A stretch of 63,656 nt of DNA, filler included, from Octopus bimaculoides (GCF_001194135.2; 10 parts of 9 records of this genome joined end to end with filler, not necessarily neighbours in it); one strand, 5' to 3'; counted from the whole stretch's first letter, positions 36,167-49,862 are shown. The notes: a model not told the origin generated them from the letters alone. A program made the numbers and translations.

Positions 36167-37029
36167 NNNNNNNNNNNNNNNNNNNNNNNNNNNNNNNNNN
36201 NNNNNNNNNNNNNNNNNNNNNNNNNNNNNNNNNNNNNNNNNNNNNNNNNNNNNNNNNNNNNNNNNNNNNNNNNNNNNNNNNNNNNNNNNNNNNNNNNNNN
36301 NNNNNNNNNNNNNNNNNNNNNNNTATATATATATATATATATGTATGTATATAATAGGCTTGTGGTTTTATTATGTTTCTTGACGTTCCAAAGCTCTTTG
36401 GCTGGAATTTAGTTCAAATAAATACCTATATACATATGTATGCTTTCTTCTTTTTAGCATTTGGTTCTTGTGTTAAGCAAGAATTGGTGTCTAGCAAAGA
36501 AACAAGACTCAATTGCTGAAATTCTAATAGCAACGGGGAAAATTTACTTGTTGAACTTTAGAAAACTTTCGTTTACGTACTGTAATTACAAAATGTGTAT
36601 TATTTTGTAATTCATTAAGAGTTTTAGTTTACAAAATCATTGTGTTTGAAAGATATGAGACTGACATCTACTTAACAGACTCGAAACCTGCTAAATATCA
36701 TCTCCTGCACGCCTAAATATAATGTAGCCACTACTTAATTTATCGACTCAAGGAAGATAAAGTGATGATGATACGCGTGCAATTTAAAGTTTGATTTAAT
36801 GGAGAATCGTCGTATTTCGTGCGGTGCTCTACCTATAGTCATAATTTCACTAGCAATGGCAATCCTAAATATTCCACCAACCTAAGTATCTGACATTTGA
36901 GATTTAAAAGAGCAACAGTACCACACTCTGAAACGAATTCGTTTTATTGGCCGAATTCACTACCGAATGCCTACTTTACAGATTCTTCAGTAAATTGTTC
37001 CTGCTAGTTAAACTGCACTATTTTATCGC

Positions 37030-37327
37030 TGTGGAGGCACATGGCCTAGTGGTTAGAGCAGCAGACTCGCGGTCGAAGGATCGCAGGTTCGAATCTCAGA
37101 CCGGACGATGTGTGTGCTTATGAGCGAAACACCTAAGCTCCATGCGGCTCCGACAGAAGGTAATGGCGAACTTCTGACTCTTTCGCCACAACTTTCACTC
37201 TTTCCTCCTGCATCTAGCATCTCACCTGCGACGGACCGCTGTCCCGTCCAGGTGGGGAACCTATATGCCAATGAAACCGGGAACCGGCCCTTAAGAACCA
37301 GGCATGGCTCGAGAAGGAACAAACAAC
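37030..37327 (+). mobile_element. tRNA-derived SINE family D, apparently full length
   Basis: TGGCCTAGTGGTTAGAG A-box, GGTTCGAATC B-box, AAACAAC tail; 10-bp target duplication ATTTTATCGC at 37020-37029 and 37328-37337. Confidence 0.85.
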
Positions 37328-37479
37328 ATTTTATCGCCGCAACATAATTCATCATTCATTTAGCGCAATCAGATTAGGCTATCCTATTAATGTGGAACAT
37401 AAGAAAGCCACTCTTTCGATTCGATGTTTGCGACGAGCAATATAAACCCTATGAATTAAATAATTAATTAATTGTTAAC

Positions 37480-37755
37480 TTGACAGACCCCACTCCGGTC
37501 ATGAATAACCATGAGATTGCACCTAAAAAGCTTTCCTCTGAGGCACAAGTCCCGTAAAGGTTGTTTATGGAAGACCAGTAGTCGTCCATGCATACCAGCC
37601 TTTCCGCTCCACGTCACCGATGTTGTCCAAGGGACAGGCAAAGGCCGATACAGCTTGCCCGATACAACTGACACTGGAACTCATTTCCAGCTGAGTGAAC
37701 TGGAGCAACGAGAAATAAAGTGTCTTGCTCAAGAGCACGATCCACAGCCCGGTAT
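37480..37755 (-). mobile_element. SINE family C
   Basis: Homologous to 11205-11530. Confidence 0.8.
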
Positions 37756-39559
37756 TTCTCTGCCGAGAGTGTATTATCCATGGTGGTTTCTTTCAGTGCC
37801 ATCTTTGTTTCACTGCACTATCGGTACACTTTTGTATCTATATCACTTCCGCTTTACCCAGTGCTGAATGGCTAAGACAGCAATGGCGACATACAATCAG
37901 TAAACACCTCTTGTTGTCTCCAACACTTAGTTTCTATCTCTACTCGACCAGCAGAAACAAATGATATGCGTTAAAGTGTTTCCCTTTCTATTTTATTTAC
38001 TGTTTGCATTTGTTGTTGTTGCTTTATTGTTGTTGTTGTAATGATATTCTGCAGTCCTTTGTAGACTTATTTCCTCAATATATTATTTCTTATTTTCAGG
38101 TTTCTTGTAAAAGTTGGGTTTGTTTCGTTCCAGCAGATTATATGTTTTACATGGCTGAGGTATGAAGGATAGCTTTTCTTTTTCATCACTTCATTTTGGT
38201 TTTTCATGTTGGATTCATTCTAGTTTAATTTTGCATCGACTCGAGGACTTCCAAACATTTTAATGTATGCATGTATGTATGCCTGCATGTATATATATGT
38301 ATACACAAACATATATATACTCTTTTTTTTTACTCTTTTATTTGTTTCAGTCCTTTACACACACATATAATATGTATATATATGAGTGTATATCTGAATA
38401 TGTATATACATATATATGTGAGTGTACACGTGGTTGTGCGAACATCTATCTATCTATCTATCTATCTATCTANNNNNNNNNNNNNNNNNNNNNNNNNNNN
38501 NNNNNNNNNNNNNNNNNNNNNNNNNNNNNNNNNNNNNNNNNNNNNNNNNNNNNNNNNNNNNNNNNTATACATACATGCATACATATGTGTATGCATACAT
38601 ATGTGTGTGCATATGTATGTATGTATGTATGTATGTATATGTATGTATAAAAAAATCTGAATGCCGAGAAATACACTTTTTCCAGTATAATTATTTGTCT
38701 TTGCATTTTTACGTAAACCCAGAAGTGTTCTTCAATTTAATGCAATTATTTACACCGAATGTCGATTTGTTTTATTAAAAAATTCCTTAAAACATTCCAA
38801 TATAATTGGCTATTCAAAAACAACGTGTGTGTGTGTTTATGTGTGTGTGTGTTTCTGTGTGCCTGCTGTCGGGATGTGTGATGTATCTCAGTCTATATGT
38901 GTATGTGTGTGTGTTTATGTATGTCGATGTATATGTATGTGTCATTTTGCATGTTTTTGTATTTATTTATTTTGTAGCAGTATGTGTATGTTTCTAACTG
39001 TTTTATCCATCTGTCAAATCGATTTTTCAATCTATCCCGTCTCTTATCTAACAAGGCACATCATCCTTTCTTTCCCTCTCTTTTTTTATTTTCTGTTTCT
39101 GTATCTCTCTCTTTCTCTCTCTCCATCTTTATCTCTATCTATCTGTCTATCTATCCATCTAACATGTTTCCTCTTATTCTCTCTTTTTTTCTCTTACCGA
39201 ATATATGACTCTCTGCATAGTATTATGTGGGTAGGTTTCCACGCATACATATAGATCTCTATTATGTGTATATAAGAAGTATATACATACACATACACAC
39301 ACATATACACAACTCATACACACACACTACACACGCAGTCACACACACACACACAATACATGCATATACACACAGCGCAGATGCAGTCACACACACACAC
39401 ACATACACACACACACACATACACACACACACATGCACCCATTTCAAAAAACATTAAACCTATTTAGCTCAGAGAAAAAAAGGCTTGGCCATACATAGCG
39501 AAATACATATAAATAAGGACGGGATGTCTATTGGTAACTACAGTTTACCCCACCAAGCA

Positions 39560-39865
39560 CCCCAACAATAGGTTCCCCGTCCTTGTTACTGAACTTTGGT
39601 TCGAGACTCTGAACAACAGAGTGCAGCTCCTCCACTCTTATTACATGAAACCAGTAGCTTCGAAATATGTTGTTCACAAGGACTCAGCTTTCTCACACAA
39701 CATGAAAATTAACATACTGATAGCAGACTTAGGATAATGAACAGCGTGTCTCCACTATGCAAACCCTATGAAACGAAGAAGCATGTACAGAACTTCATGC
39801 ACCGCATGCAGTTCTCTGGATATGATCAGAAAGATAGGGTTCGAGTATACAGGGGTGCTAGAAAG
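39560..39865 (+). pseudogene. Penelope-like element RT thumb/C-terminal fragment (family distinct from 32.3 kb)
   Basis: FPVLVTELW...LLHSYYMKPVASKYVVHKDSAFSHNMKINILIADL / RIMNSVSPLC...FMHRMQFSGYDQKDRVRVY; one frameshift. Confidence 0.65.
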
Positions 39866-40619
39866 AATTTAGATATATGTATGCGCATACACACTGACCC
39901 ACACACATGCGCACAAACAAACAAAAGAACGCTGCTTGATTAACGGACAGAGTCAACAGCTATTGAAAAGGTTGCAAGAAGCAACGAAGATTTTAGAAAA
40001 ATAAATAAGTAAATGAATGGAAATTTTACCGGTGAGTGTGTTAAATTATAAGGCACTAGAAGAGAATGACTCCCCCTAGACACAACAGTATATATANNNN
40101 NNNNNNNNNNNNNNNNNNNNNNNNNNNNNNNNNNNNNNNNNNNNNNNNNNNNNNNNNNNNNNNNNNNNNNNNNNNNNNNNNNNNNNNNNNNNNNNNNNNN
40201 NNNNNNNNNNNNNNNNNNNNNATTGATTTTATCAAGTGGCCAGCATGGGAATAAAAACCATCAACGGTAACAATTATTTAAAATTATAATATAGGGTATC
40301 TAAGAGATACCGCCACGCTGAAAAATAGCAGTCAAATCTTGACTCTAAACCACAATAAATGTTCATATAGCACAAGGAGCAAAGACGAAGACAAAATAAA
40401 CTAGTAAAAATAACTGGATAACTCCAGATCCCGGATTTCTGGCTTTGCATAATAAATGCTTTGCCTTCATCGGTGGAATATACTCAGAAAAGCACATAAA
40501 TACAAATATATATATATAAAATATATATATATATATATATGATGTTTGTTTTTATGGTCAGTTATAATGAAAACAATTCTACATTAATTTTTAATTAATT
40601 TTATGTTAATCAGAGTGAC

Positions 40620-41460
40620 TTAGTTTCGACCGGCCAAGCCATCGTCGGCGTGCGGTGCATTAGAGTCTTGCCTTTATATATTCTCAGTTGAGTTAAAATG
40701 CCCTTTGATTGTATAGGTTTGAGTGGGGTGGTTATTAGGTTTTTACGGTCGGTTGTTAAGAAAGAAGTATTTTGGAAAAAATTATATTGATTAAATTTGG
40801 TGTTATGGTATTGTTTAGAATTTATTCATGTATGTAGAACTTTGTAATCAAGCCTGTAGGTGTTTCTCTTTAGTCAGGGAGGCACAAGATGTGAGAGAAT
40901 TTTTGTTGCTTTTGATATTATTGGATTTAATCGTTTTGCTTTGGCATTATAAAGGTAAAAAATGGCGGCAAGCTGGCAGAAACGTTAGCACGCCGGGCGA
41001 AATGCTTAGCGGTGTTTCGTCTGTCTTTACGTTCTGAGTTCAAATTACGCCGAGGTCGGCTTTCCCTTCCATCTCCACGGGGTCAACAAATTAAGTACCA
41101 GTTGTGTACTGGGGTCGATCTAATTGACTAGCCTCTTCCCCCAAAATTTCGGCCCTTGTGTCTAGAGTAGAAGAGAATATAAAGGCCAAAAGTACAAAGT
41201 CGAATATTTAAGCGCTTAGTAATTGGGTATGTTAACTTTTTTTTCACAAAAGAATATAGGTGGATGGTCAGATTACGCTGGTCCTCACTTTACTTGTTGT
41301 TATTTAAGGTATTTTCTGTTTTCATTTGTAAGGTTGGGGTTATTAGTGAGGCATATCATGGATTTGTTACTATAGAAAATTGTTTCTCTTGTGCCTTGAT
41401 GTTCATAAAAGTATATTTGAGTATTAGTTGTATGTTTATATGTTTCTCTCTAAGTGTTAT
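40620..41460 (-). mobile_element. Highly decayed PLE-like fragment ending in a hammerhead-like remnant, interrupted by a SINE
   Basis: Minus-strand traces of VIW.HPPY and KV..PI.KR motifs; CCGACGA-T-GGC-TTG-GCC..GAAAC at 40648-40623. Confidence 0.4.
40963..41177 (+). mobile_element. SINE family A
   Basis: Near-complete copy; TATAAAGG occurs on both sides (40948, 41178), a possible target duplication. Confidence 0.85.
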
Positions 41461-41504
41461 TTATAGAACGACAAAAAAACTTTAGGTATATTAATACACA
41501 AAAT

Positions 41505-41625
41505 GCCATACGTCACAATGAAAGACCACTACGCAACCTATTTGTCACACTAAAATGCAAAAAGCTTCTAAATCCGATGTAGGCATCAGACAGAGTCAGA
41601 TGGCAGCTTGTAAGCCGAAACTTTG
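41505..41625 (+). mobile_element. Small PLE RT remnant
   Basis: PYVTMKDH and ..SKSDVGI echo FITLKDHK and P.K.EIG of the 32.3-kb element. Confidence 0.4.
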
Positions 41626-41903
41626 AAGTCACTGTCATCCATCTCCTTGTAAATATAAATAAATATGAAGACTACTATTGAGTGATCATTCAGTTTAATG
41701 TTAAATTGTTTTTATACATAACTTCACGAAGAAGAAAATATCAATAAATACACACACACACACACGCACGCATATATATATGTGTGTATATATAAAAAAT
41801 GTATGTACGTATGTATGTATATATTTATGTATACATTAATATTTGCATGTATGTATGTATAAATATGTGTGTGTGTGTGTGTACGCGTGCATGTATTTAT
41901 ATC

Positions 41904-41937
<34 letters not shown>

Positions 41938-42558
41938 CATACATACATACATACATACATACATACATACATACATACGTATGGGGTCTAGTATGGCTTT
42001 AACCGTAATGGAGAAAGCGAATTTTAAAAAATTATGATTGTGTGTATATGTATGTGTGTGCGCGTGTGCGCAGGCGCATCAGTGTTCGCGCACGCGTAGA
42101 AGTGTGAACATTATTTCGGTTAATTCTAATACATATATACACGCACACACATATATATGTATGTATGTATGTATGTATGTGTGTATATAAGTATATAAAA
42201 AAAATTCTGATTTTTTATTTAATTTTTTTTTCCTCTTTGGTATACGGTAGAGTTCAGTGTTATTTTTATGTTATTTTGATTCAATTTACCTTTTCCAATA
42301 TTAAATATCGGAGCTGAGTCTTTCCTATTTCATAAATATTAATTGTAGGAAAATTGTTGAGTTTGACATGGAAGCATAAGGTTATGCTTTTTACTTTTTG
42401 CCTGTGATTGGCATGTTTACTGCTGTGAATATAGATTGACTGATAACAGACGATGGTAGCGTTATGAGCTTCGGGGGATATATGTAGAGAGATTGAGAGA
42501 GGTAGTGAATATATATGCATATATATAGACAGACACATGGACAGACAGACAGACAGAC

Positions 42559-42605
<47 letters not shown>

Positions 42606-42611
42606 GAGATT

Positions 42612-42683
<72 letters not shown>

Positions 42684-42911
42684 TGCATGAATGTATGTAC
42701 ACGTACATACACATATATATGCATACATACATACATACATACATACATACATACATACATACATACATACATACATGCACATATATATGTATATATATAT
42801 AAAGCATAATAGTAATAATAATGATTTCATTTATTTGCCACAAGGGCGAAGGATGAGGACGACAAAACAAAGATAGACATAAAGTGTGGAGATTTACATA
42901 TAATAATAATA

Positions 42912-42993
<82 letters not shown>

Positions 42994-42997
42994 TAAT

Positions 42998-43352
42998 AAT
43001 ATGCCCCTTTGACCCACGAATTGACAAGAAGGAAGGCCAACGGACAGATAGATACAGCCTTCTTAAGTACGAAATAGCCCGGCTATGGAAGATGAAGAAG
43101 GTGATGATAGTGTCAATTATTTTTGAGTCGCTGGGAACAGTATCAGAAGACACCAAGAGGAATATAAAGAAAATTGGAATAGAGTGCCCAATAGAACTGT
43201 TACAAAAGGTTTGCCTCCTTGGCACGGCCAGAATAAACAGGAAAGTATTACATAGTTGAAAAGAACGAATAGCATGGTACCGTAGGCTGCAAATAGTAAA
43301 CCTACTACGCATACACGACTTCACGAGCTCCAACAAAACCTCTGATAAAGAG
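42998..43352 (+). mobile_element. R4/Dong-like non-LTR retrotransposon 3' end inside (TAA)n
   Basis: CPFDPRIDKKEGQRTDRYSLLKYEIARLWKMKKV...LLQKVCLLGTARINRKVL, the RLE endonuclease C-terminus; (TAA)n at 42899-42997 and 43353-43428. Confidence 0.85.
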
Positions 43353-43358
43353 ATGATA

Positions 43359-43419
<61 letters not shown>

Positions 43420-43427
43420 TAATACTA

Positions 43428-43484
<57 letters not shown>

Positions 43485-43494
43485 ATTTTTATTA

Positions 43495-43630
43495 TTATCT
43501 TATGTTTGACTTTTGCTTTGGATTTGTACAAGTTGGATCCAAGTCTCACCCAGAGACCTCAAGAGACAACAAGTTAGAAGTTCATGTAGGTGTTATGCCT
43601 AGGGTACCATATATTTGGATTTGTACAGTT
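43495..43630 (-). mobile_element. Probable retroposon 3' end with (TAA)n tail, tail-to-tail with the previous element
   Basis: Ends in a (TAA)n run on the minus strand; weak VQIQIYGTL trace resembling an RLE C-terminus. Confidence 0.35.
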
Positions 43631-43821
43631 TTGTTCAAGTGAATGTTTAANNNNNNNNNNNNNNNNNNNNNNNNNNNNNNNNNNNNNNNNNNNNTTAATT
43701 AATTAANNNNNNNNNNNNNNNNNNNNNNNNNNNNNNNNNNNNNNNNNNNNCCATCATTTAATCCGCAAATATTTTGTCGTCAATGCTGCACTTTCCCGAT
43801 TCACCTGTTTCAACATAACTG

Positions 43822-43861
<40 letters not shown>

Positions 43862-43869
<8 letters not shown>

Positions 43870-43909
43870 ACCATTTTAATCCCGAGCGACGCCGGGTGTC
43901 TCTGCTAGT
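43862..43909 (+). mobile_element. Helitron-like 3' terminus
   Basis: CCCGAGCGACGCCGGG hairpin (43881-43896) followed 8 nt later by CTAG|T. Confidence 0.55.
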
Positions 43910-44989
43910 ATATATATATATAAATCATATATATATATATATAGACGTGTGCATAAATATGTGTGTGTGTACTTGCGTGTATACCTTTTAAATATTCACT
44001 CACATACGTACTTTTATATATTTATACATACAGTTTATATATTCGTTATGGTTGGTAAATATGTAATACAAGTATTGTTGTGTATAGTCATAGACAAACG
44101 TGTGAGCGTTATGCATGTGCTGCGCCTATGTATATAGGTGCGTGCGAGTGTACAAATATGTTTAGGCGTATGGATTCCATATAAATTGTTAACTTTCTGC
44201 GATTTGTCTGAACAAACACACGCACACACAAACCTACACAGACTTTCTCATATACACAGACGCACGCATATATACGTCTGTCTGTCTATATGTATGCATG
44301 CATGTATGTATACAAGCATGTATGTGCAATAGATGTATTCGTGATTGTTAAAACTTGTTTGCTGCGCGATTGCTTATCACTGCTGTTTATATATAATGAT
44401 GCACACATACATACATACATGCATATATGCATACACGTAAAGACATGTATATGTATATATATCTAAATATATATATATATATATATATATATCTAAATAT
44501 ATATATNNNNNNNNNNNNNNNNNNNNNNNNNNNNNNNNNNNNNNNNNNNNNNNNNNNNTGTATATCTGTCTATCTATATCTCTGCATATATGTATGTATC
44601 TATGTATGTATGTATGTATGTATATATATGTATCTCTCTCTCTCTCTCTCTTTATCTCTCTCTCTCTCTCTGTATATATAGACGCGTACGAATATGTATT
44701 CACATTTATGTGATTATATTTACAGACATATATATATATGTAGATATATATGTGTGTATGTGCATATTGATATATATGTGTGTTAGTGCGTTTATGTGAA
44801 TCGATGAATACGTGCATGTATATGCGTGCGTGCAGAGAAATGAATGCATATTTTGCATGGGCCAAGTGCACCGATTGTGACTGGAGGCCAACTAAAAATC
44901 AAAGCGTCGAATGCACTGAGCGAGAATTATTTGGGTTTCTCGAGAAAAAAAGATGGCGACCGGCGGGAAGAAAGAATAAGATCATAGTG

Positions 44990-45800
44990 ATGTCGTACAT
45001 GATGATGGTGATTGGTGGTAGTAGTAGTGGTGGTGGTGGTGGTCGTCGTCGTTGTCATTATAACTGTGGTGGAGTTTGTGGTGGTGGTAGTAGAAGGGAC
45101 GGTGGAAGTAGTAGTAATAGTACTTGTAGTTAAACTGGTGGTGGTAGTAATGGTGGCTGTAGAAGTTGAAGTATTGGCAGCAGTAGTAGAAGTAATGGCG
45201 GTGGTGTTGGTGGTGGTAGTCGTTGTAGTAGTAGTAGGAGGAGGAGTTGCAGCAGCAGCAGTAGTAGTGTTAAGAGTAGTAGCAGTAGTTGATGCTGCTC
45301 ATGTTATAGCTTTCGTGATGGCACTGGTGGCGGTGGTGTTCGCTGGTAGTGGTAGTGATGATCGTGGTGGTTGTGGTGGTGGCGGCAGTAGTGGTAATGG
45401 TTGTGGTGATATTAACAACATCGAACACGGAAGCGACATTGGCGCCGGTGGTAGTCGTGATCAAGGTGGTGGTGGTGGCGGTCGTGATGTTTGCGGTGGT
45501 TAAGGTGTTGGCTGCAGTGGTGGTGGTGGTGGTGGTGGTGGTGATGATGTCGTGCCTGGTCGGTACAAGTCATTTTGATGAGCGTGGCTTCTATGTCTGA
45601 GTTGCAATGGTTGCTGTTGTTGTTGATGCTGTTGTTGTTGATGCTGTTGTTGTTGATGCTGTTGTTGTTGATGCTGTTGTTGTTGATGCTGTTGTTGTTG
45701 TAGCTGTTGTGATAGCTGCTGTTGTTTCAGTCGTCGTTGTTGCTGTAGTAGCGGCAGTAGTATCAGTGGTGGTGGTGGTGGTTAGGGTGGTAGTAGTAGT
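44990..45800. repeat. Cryptic trinucleotide (GGT/AGT/GTT) repeat tract including (GTTGTTGTTGATGCT)5 at 45616-45690
   Basis: Direct reading; Thr/Ala/Ser-rich on the minus strand. Confidence 0.8.
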
Positions 45801-46414
45801 AGTATTTTTTGTTATTGTTCTTGTCTCGTCAAAACATCAGCCATGATAGGACAGGCCTGTACTGAAAGTCACTCCAGCCGTGACCATTCCACCTTTCTAG
45901 AAGTACATAAGCCCCGATTATCCAACGTGTACCTTCATTTTCTAATCAGTTACTGACTGATCTGTCCGTATTTGGCTGTTGCTTTTAGCACTGCAAGTGG
46001 CTACGTCCAGACACTGGCTTTTGACTTGTCTGTTATCCATGCCGATTGTAGTAGTGGTGGTGGTAGTAGTGGTATTTGGTTATGATCATAGTAACGGGGT
46101 AATAGTAGCGTTTGTGATGATTGTGATGGTGATGGTACTAGTGGTACTAGAGGTGATTGTGGCGGTGGTGGTAGCAGAGCTTGATGATGCTGATGATGAC
46201 GACAACGATGATGATGATGATGATGATGACGACGATGATGATGATGACGACAACGTCAGTGATACTGCTGATAGTGATACTGTTGGTGAACATATATAAT
46301 GGCGGCGCTGACAGTAGTCGTTGTAGGGGTGGTGGTGGTGGTAGTTGTCGTTCTTATTACTATGGTGATGATAATGTTCATAGTAGCGGTAAATAGAGAG
46401 CGAGTATCAGGTGG

Positions 46415-46446
<32 letters not shown>

Positions 46447-46603
46447 NNNNNNNNNNNNNNNNNNNNNNNNNNNNNNNNNNNNNNNNNNNNTTAATTAATT
46501 AANNNNNNNNNNNNNNNNNNNNNNNNNNNNNNNNNNNNNNNNNNNNGCACATTTTTCTAATCCGAATTTCATTTCTATTTCCTTGGTAAAGCCGTGTACT
46601 GTC

Positions 46604-46669
<66 letters not shown>

Positions 46670-47580
46670 AAAGGATGTGAGCTTGCAGAATCCTTGACAA
46701 GCGGGGAATGCTTAGTGGCATTTCGTCCGTCGTTACGAAATGCCACTAAGTGATAAACTTCGTCTTTCATCCTTTCAATAAAATAAGCTCCGGTTGTGTC
46801 TTGGGATTAACGTAAGCAACGTGATCTTTTTGCCAAAGTTTGAAGCGATTACATTTCAGGACTTATGACTATAATAGGAAAAATTTGTATTATATTATGT
46901 ATAATGTAATATCAGTTATTCATTCAAGAATGTACAGGAAAATAGAATTATAAGTACGTATGCAGATTTCTGATTTTGGCACAAGGCCATCAGTTTTAGG
47001 GATGGAGATTTCTATTATAGGATGTTATCATAAGATTTTTATCTAAAAAAGTGGTGAAATGGAAGAAAGGTTAGCACACCGGGCGAAATGTTTAGCGGAA
47101 TTTCGTCTGACTTTACGTTCTTTACGGTCATCTAATCGACTGGCTCGCTCCCCCCAAATTTCGGTCCTTCTACCTTGAGTAGAAAAGTTTATAAGATTTT
47201 AAACTAAAAAGGCGTTCTGAGTTCTAATTCCGCCGAGGCCGACTTTGCTTCTCATCCTTTCGGAATCGATAAATTAAATACCAGTTGAAAACTGGGGTCG
47301 ATCTAATCGACTGGCCCCCTCCACCAAAGTTTCGAGCCTTGTGCCTTGAGTAGAAAAGAATATATTTTTTATTTTATAGGGCAGCGAGCAGCAGAAACGT
47401 TAGCTTAACGATATTTCGTCTGTCTTTTCATTCTGAGCTGAAATTCCGCCGAGGTCGACTTTGCATTTCATCCTTTCGGGGTCGATAAATTAAGAGCCAT
47501 ATGCGTACTGGAGTCATTCTAATCGACTGCCCCCCTCCCCCAAAAGTGTGGGCCTTGTGTCTAGAGTAGAAAAGAAGATT
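46670..47580 (+). mobile_element. Cluster of four head-to-tail, partly truncated SINE family A copies
   Basis: Family A segments at ~46670, 47050, 47215 and 47380, three ending in GAGTAGAAAAG. Confidence 0.8.
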
Positions 47581-49011
47581 TTTAACTGAAGACATCCTGC
47601 ATTGATCGCTTCAACCGTAACTTCAATAGAAAGAACATCGGTTTCGTTCATTCTGTATTGCTAAAATATTACGGATAACAAACATAGAATTACCAGACGG
47701 ACAAAGCTACATAATTTGTTTCGTAAAGAAGAATGCACATTCTGTGTATTCAGTTCATGGATAGGGGTCGGAAATGTCCAAACGTCTTACATGTTAGCTA
47801 CTATTTCACTACATTGAGCTGTTCCTCAATATTTTAAAAGTTCTATACAGCTGAAGTCCGGGAGATTCAATCGACGAACATACTTCATAAGGAGTATATA
47901 AATCAGAGAAGATCAGGATGTATGGGAGGTGAATATATTTATTTAACCACTTGTTATTCTTAAGATTACGGCTGTTCCGCAGTTGAAGCATTGCTGCAAC
48001 TATGAATTTCTGATGATAACATAGGCTAACTTTCTTCATATCAGTTGTTTTAGAAATACAATTGTGTTTTACTATGCGTAGCATGCATAGTAGTGCAGAT
48101 ATATAAAATAATTCATAATGCACCGAAATTAACATTATATGATGAAGGCTGCGAAACAGCCGTTATCCTAAGGATAATAGGTGGTTAACCAAATATATTC
48201 ACTCCCATACCTCCTGACGTTTTATCATTTAAAGACATAGAGAGAGAGGGGGAGAGAGAGGGGCAGACAGACACAGAGACAGATAGAAAGATAGATAGAG
48301 AGACAGACAGACAGATAGATAAGTAAATAAACAAACAGACATGTGTGTCTGTGTGTGTGTGATGTGTATCTCCCTTACCGCCGCTGGACAACCGGTGCTT
48401 GTTTGTTCACGATCCCTTAGTAACACCAGCGTTTCGGCAGATGTAATGGATTGAGTAAGTACCAAACATAGAAATAAGTACTTGGGAAGGGGTTTTCAAC
48501 TAAACCCTTCAAGATATACAATGCGATTTTTGGACGTCATTGGAACTTTAAAAAAAAAGACACACTAATTTTTACCTGCATACAAACGTGAATTCAATAG
48601 GAATTATTTAATCAATAATGCGTTCATTTACCTTTTTCGGCGAGTGCACTTTTATCTGACACGTTTTACTTCACCAAATAAAAATCATTGGCTTAGAATT
48701 CCTGACAGCCTCTAAGACTGGTTTTTTGATTATTTTCGCGCCTTTGTTGCTGATTTTCTCCATTTCTTAAGAAAAATTCCTGAACATCTGGTCATCCGGA
48801 CCGGCAGTAGTACATTATTAACACCAACATAATTCACACTACCACAAACAGCATCACCAGAATTTAGCTATCAGAGAAAAAAAACAACAAAACAAAGGTC
48901 TCCACTTCATCACTATTTCAAAATATACTACCACTGGTGCTGTTGCTTCTACTGCTGCTATTACTACTGCTGGTGCTCCTCCTCCTTCTCCTCCTCCTCC
49001 TCCTCCTCCTC

Positions 49012-49047
<36 letters not shown>

Positions 49048-49290
49048 ATTACAACTACTACAACAACTACTTCTACTACTATTAGTTCCTCAATTACTAC
49101 TACTACTAATACTACTATCTCTTTCAACTATTCTGTGGATATTAAACATTTATGATTATTCATATACACACACACTCAAATGCGGGCCTATTTGTGTGTG
49201 TGTATATATATATATGAATTTATATATATATGTGCATTTGTATATATAATTATTTATGTGTGTGTACATATACATACATACACACACACG

Positions 49291-49430
<140 letters not shown>

Positions 49431-49629
49431 CATACAAGCCACGAGATGGGCAGATTGATGGATGAATACATATAAAGTGAGACAGACAGACAGATACATA
49501 CATATATACATACATACTTACAGGCATACATAATACATATATAATACGTACATAGACAGTCAAACAGATAGGTAAATACATACATAAATAGATAGATAAA
49601 AACTTAGATAGGTAGACAGATAGATAGAT

Positions 49630-49862
49630 AGGTTTCTTTATTAGCCACACAGGGCTCAACACAGAGGGGACAAAATACAAATGTAGAGTTTTTCTTTTCG
49701 AGGGGGCCGAAAACAAAGCAGAAAAAAAACAAAAGTGGGGACAATGATGAAAAAAAACATCGCAAAACGTTTGGGGTATTTACAAAAAATACGAAATAAT
49801 ACAAAAAATTCCCAATAAATGGGGAGGTTATCCGTGGAAAGAAAAACCTACGAAAAGACCAC
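49630..49862 (-). mobile_element. Probable LINE 3' end sharing its tail with SINE family A
   Basis: Minus strand ends TTTGTCCCCTCTGTGTTGAGCCCTGTGTGGCTAATAAAGAAA; truncated by a gap, no coding part visible. Confidence 0.45.

Noticed and set aside
37031-37102. tRNA-like sequence with A and B boxes
   Set aside because: It continues into a SINE body with a tail and target duplication, and acceptor-stem pairing is poor; a SINE head, not a tRNA gene.
48135-48172. ATGATGAAGGCTGCGAAACAGCC hammerhead-like string with an 18-bp inverted partner near 47965
   Set aside because: Core C3/U4 is absent and there is no stem I; it is simply a GGCTG/CAGCC hairpin.
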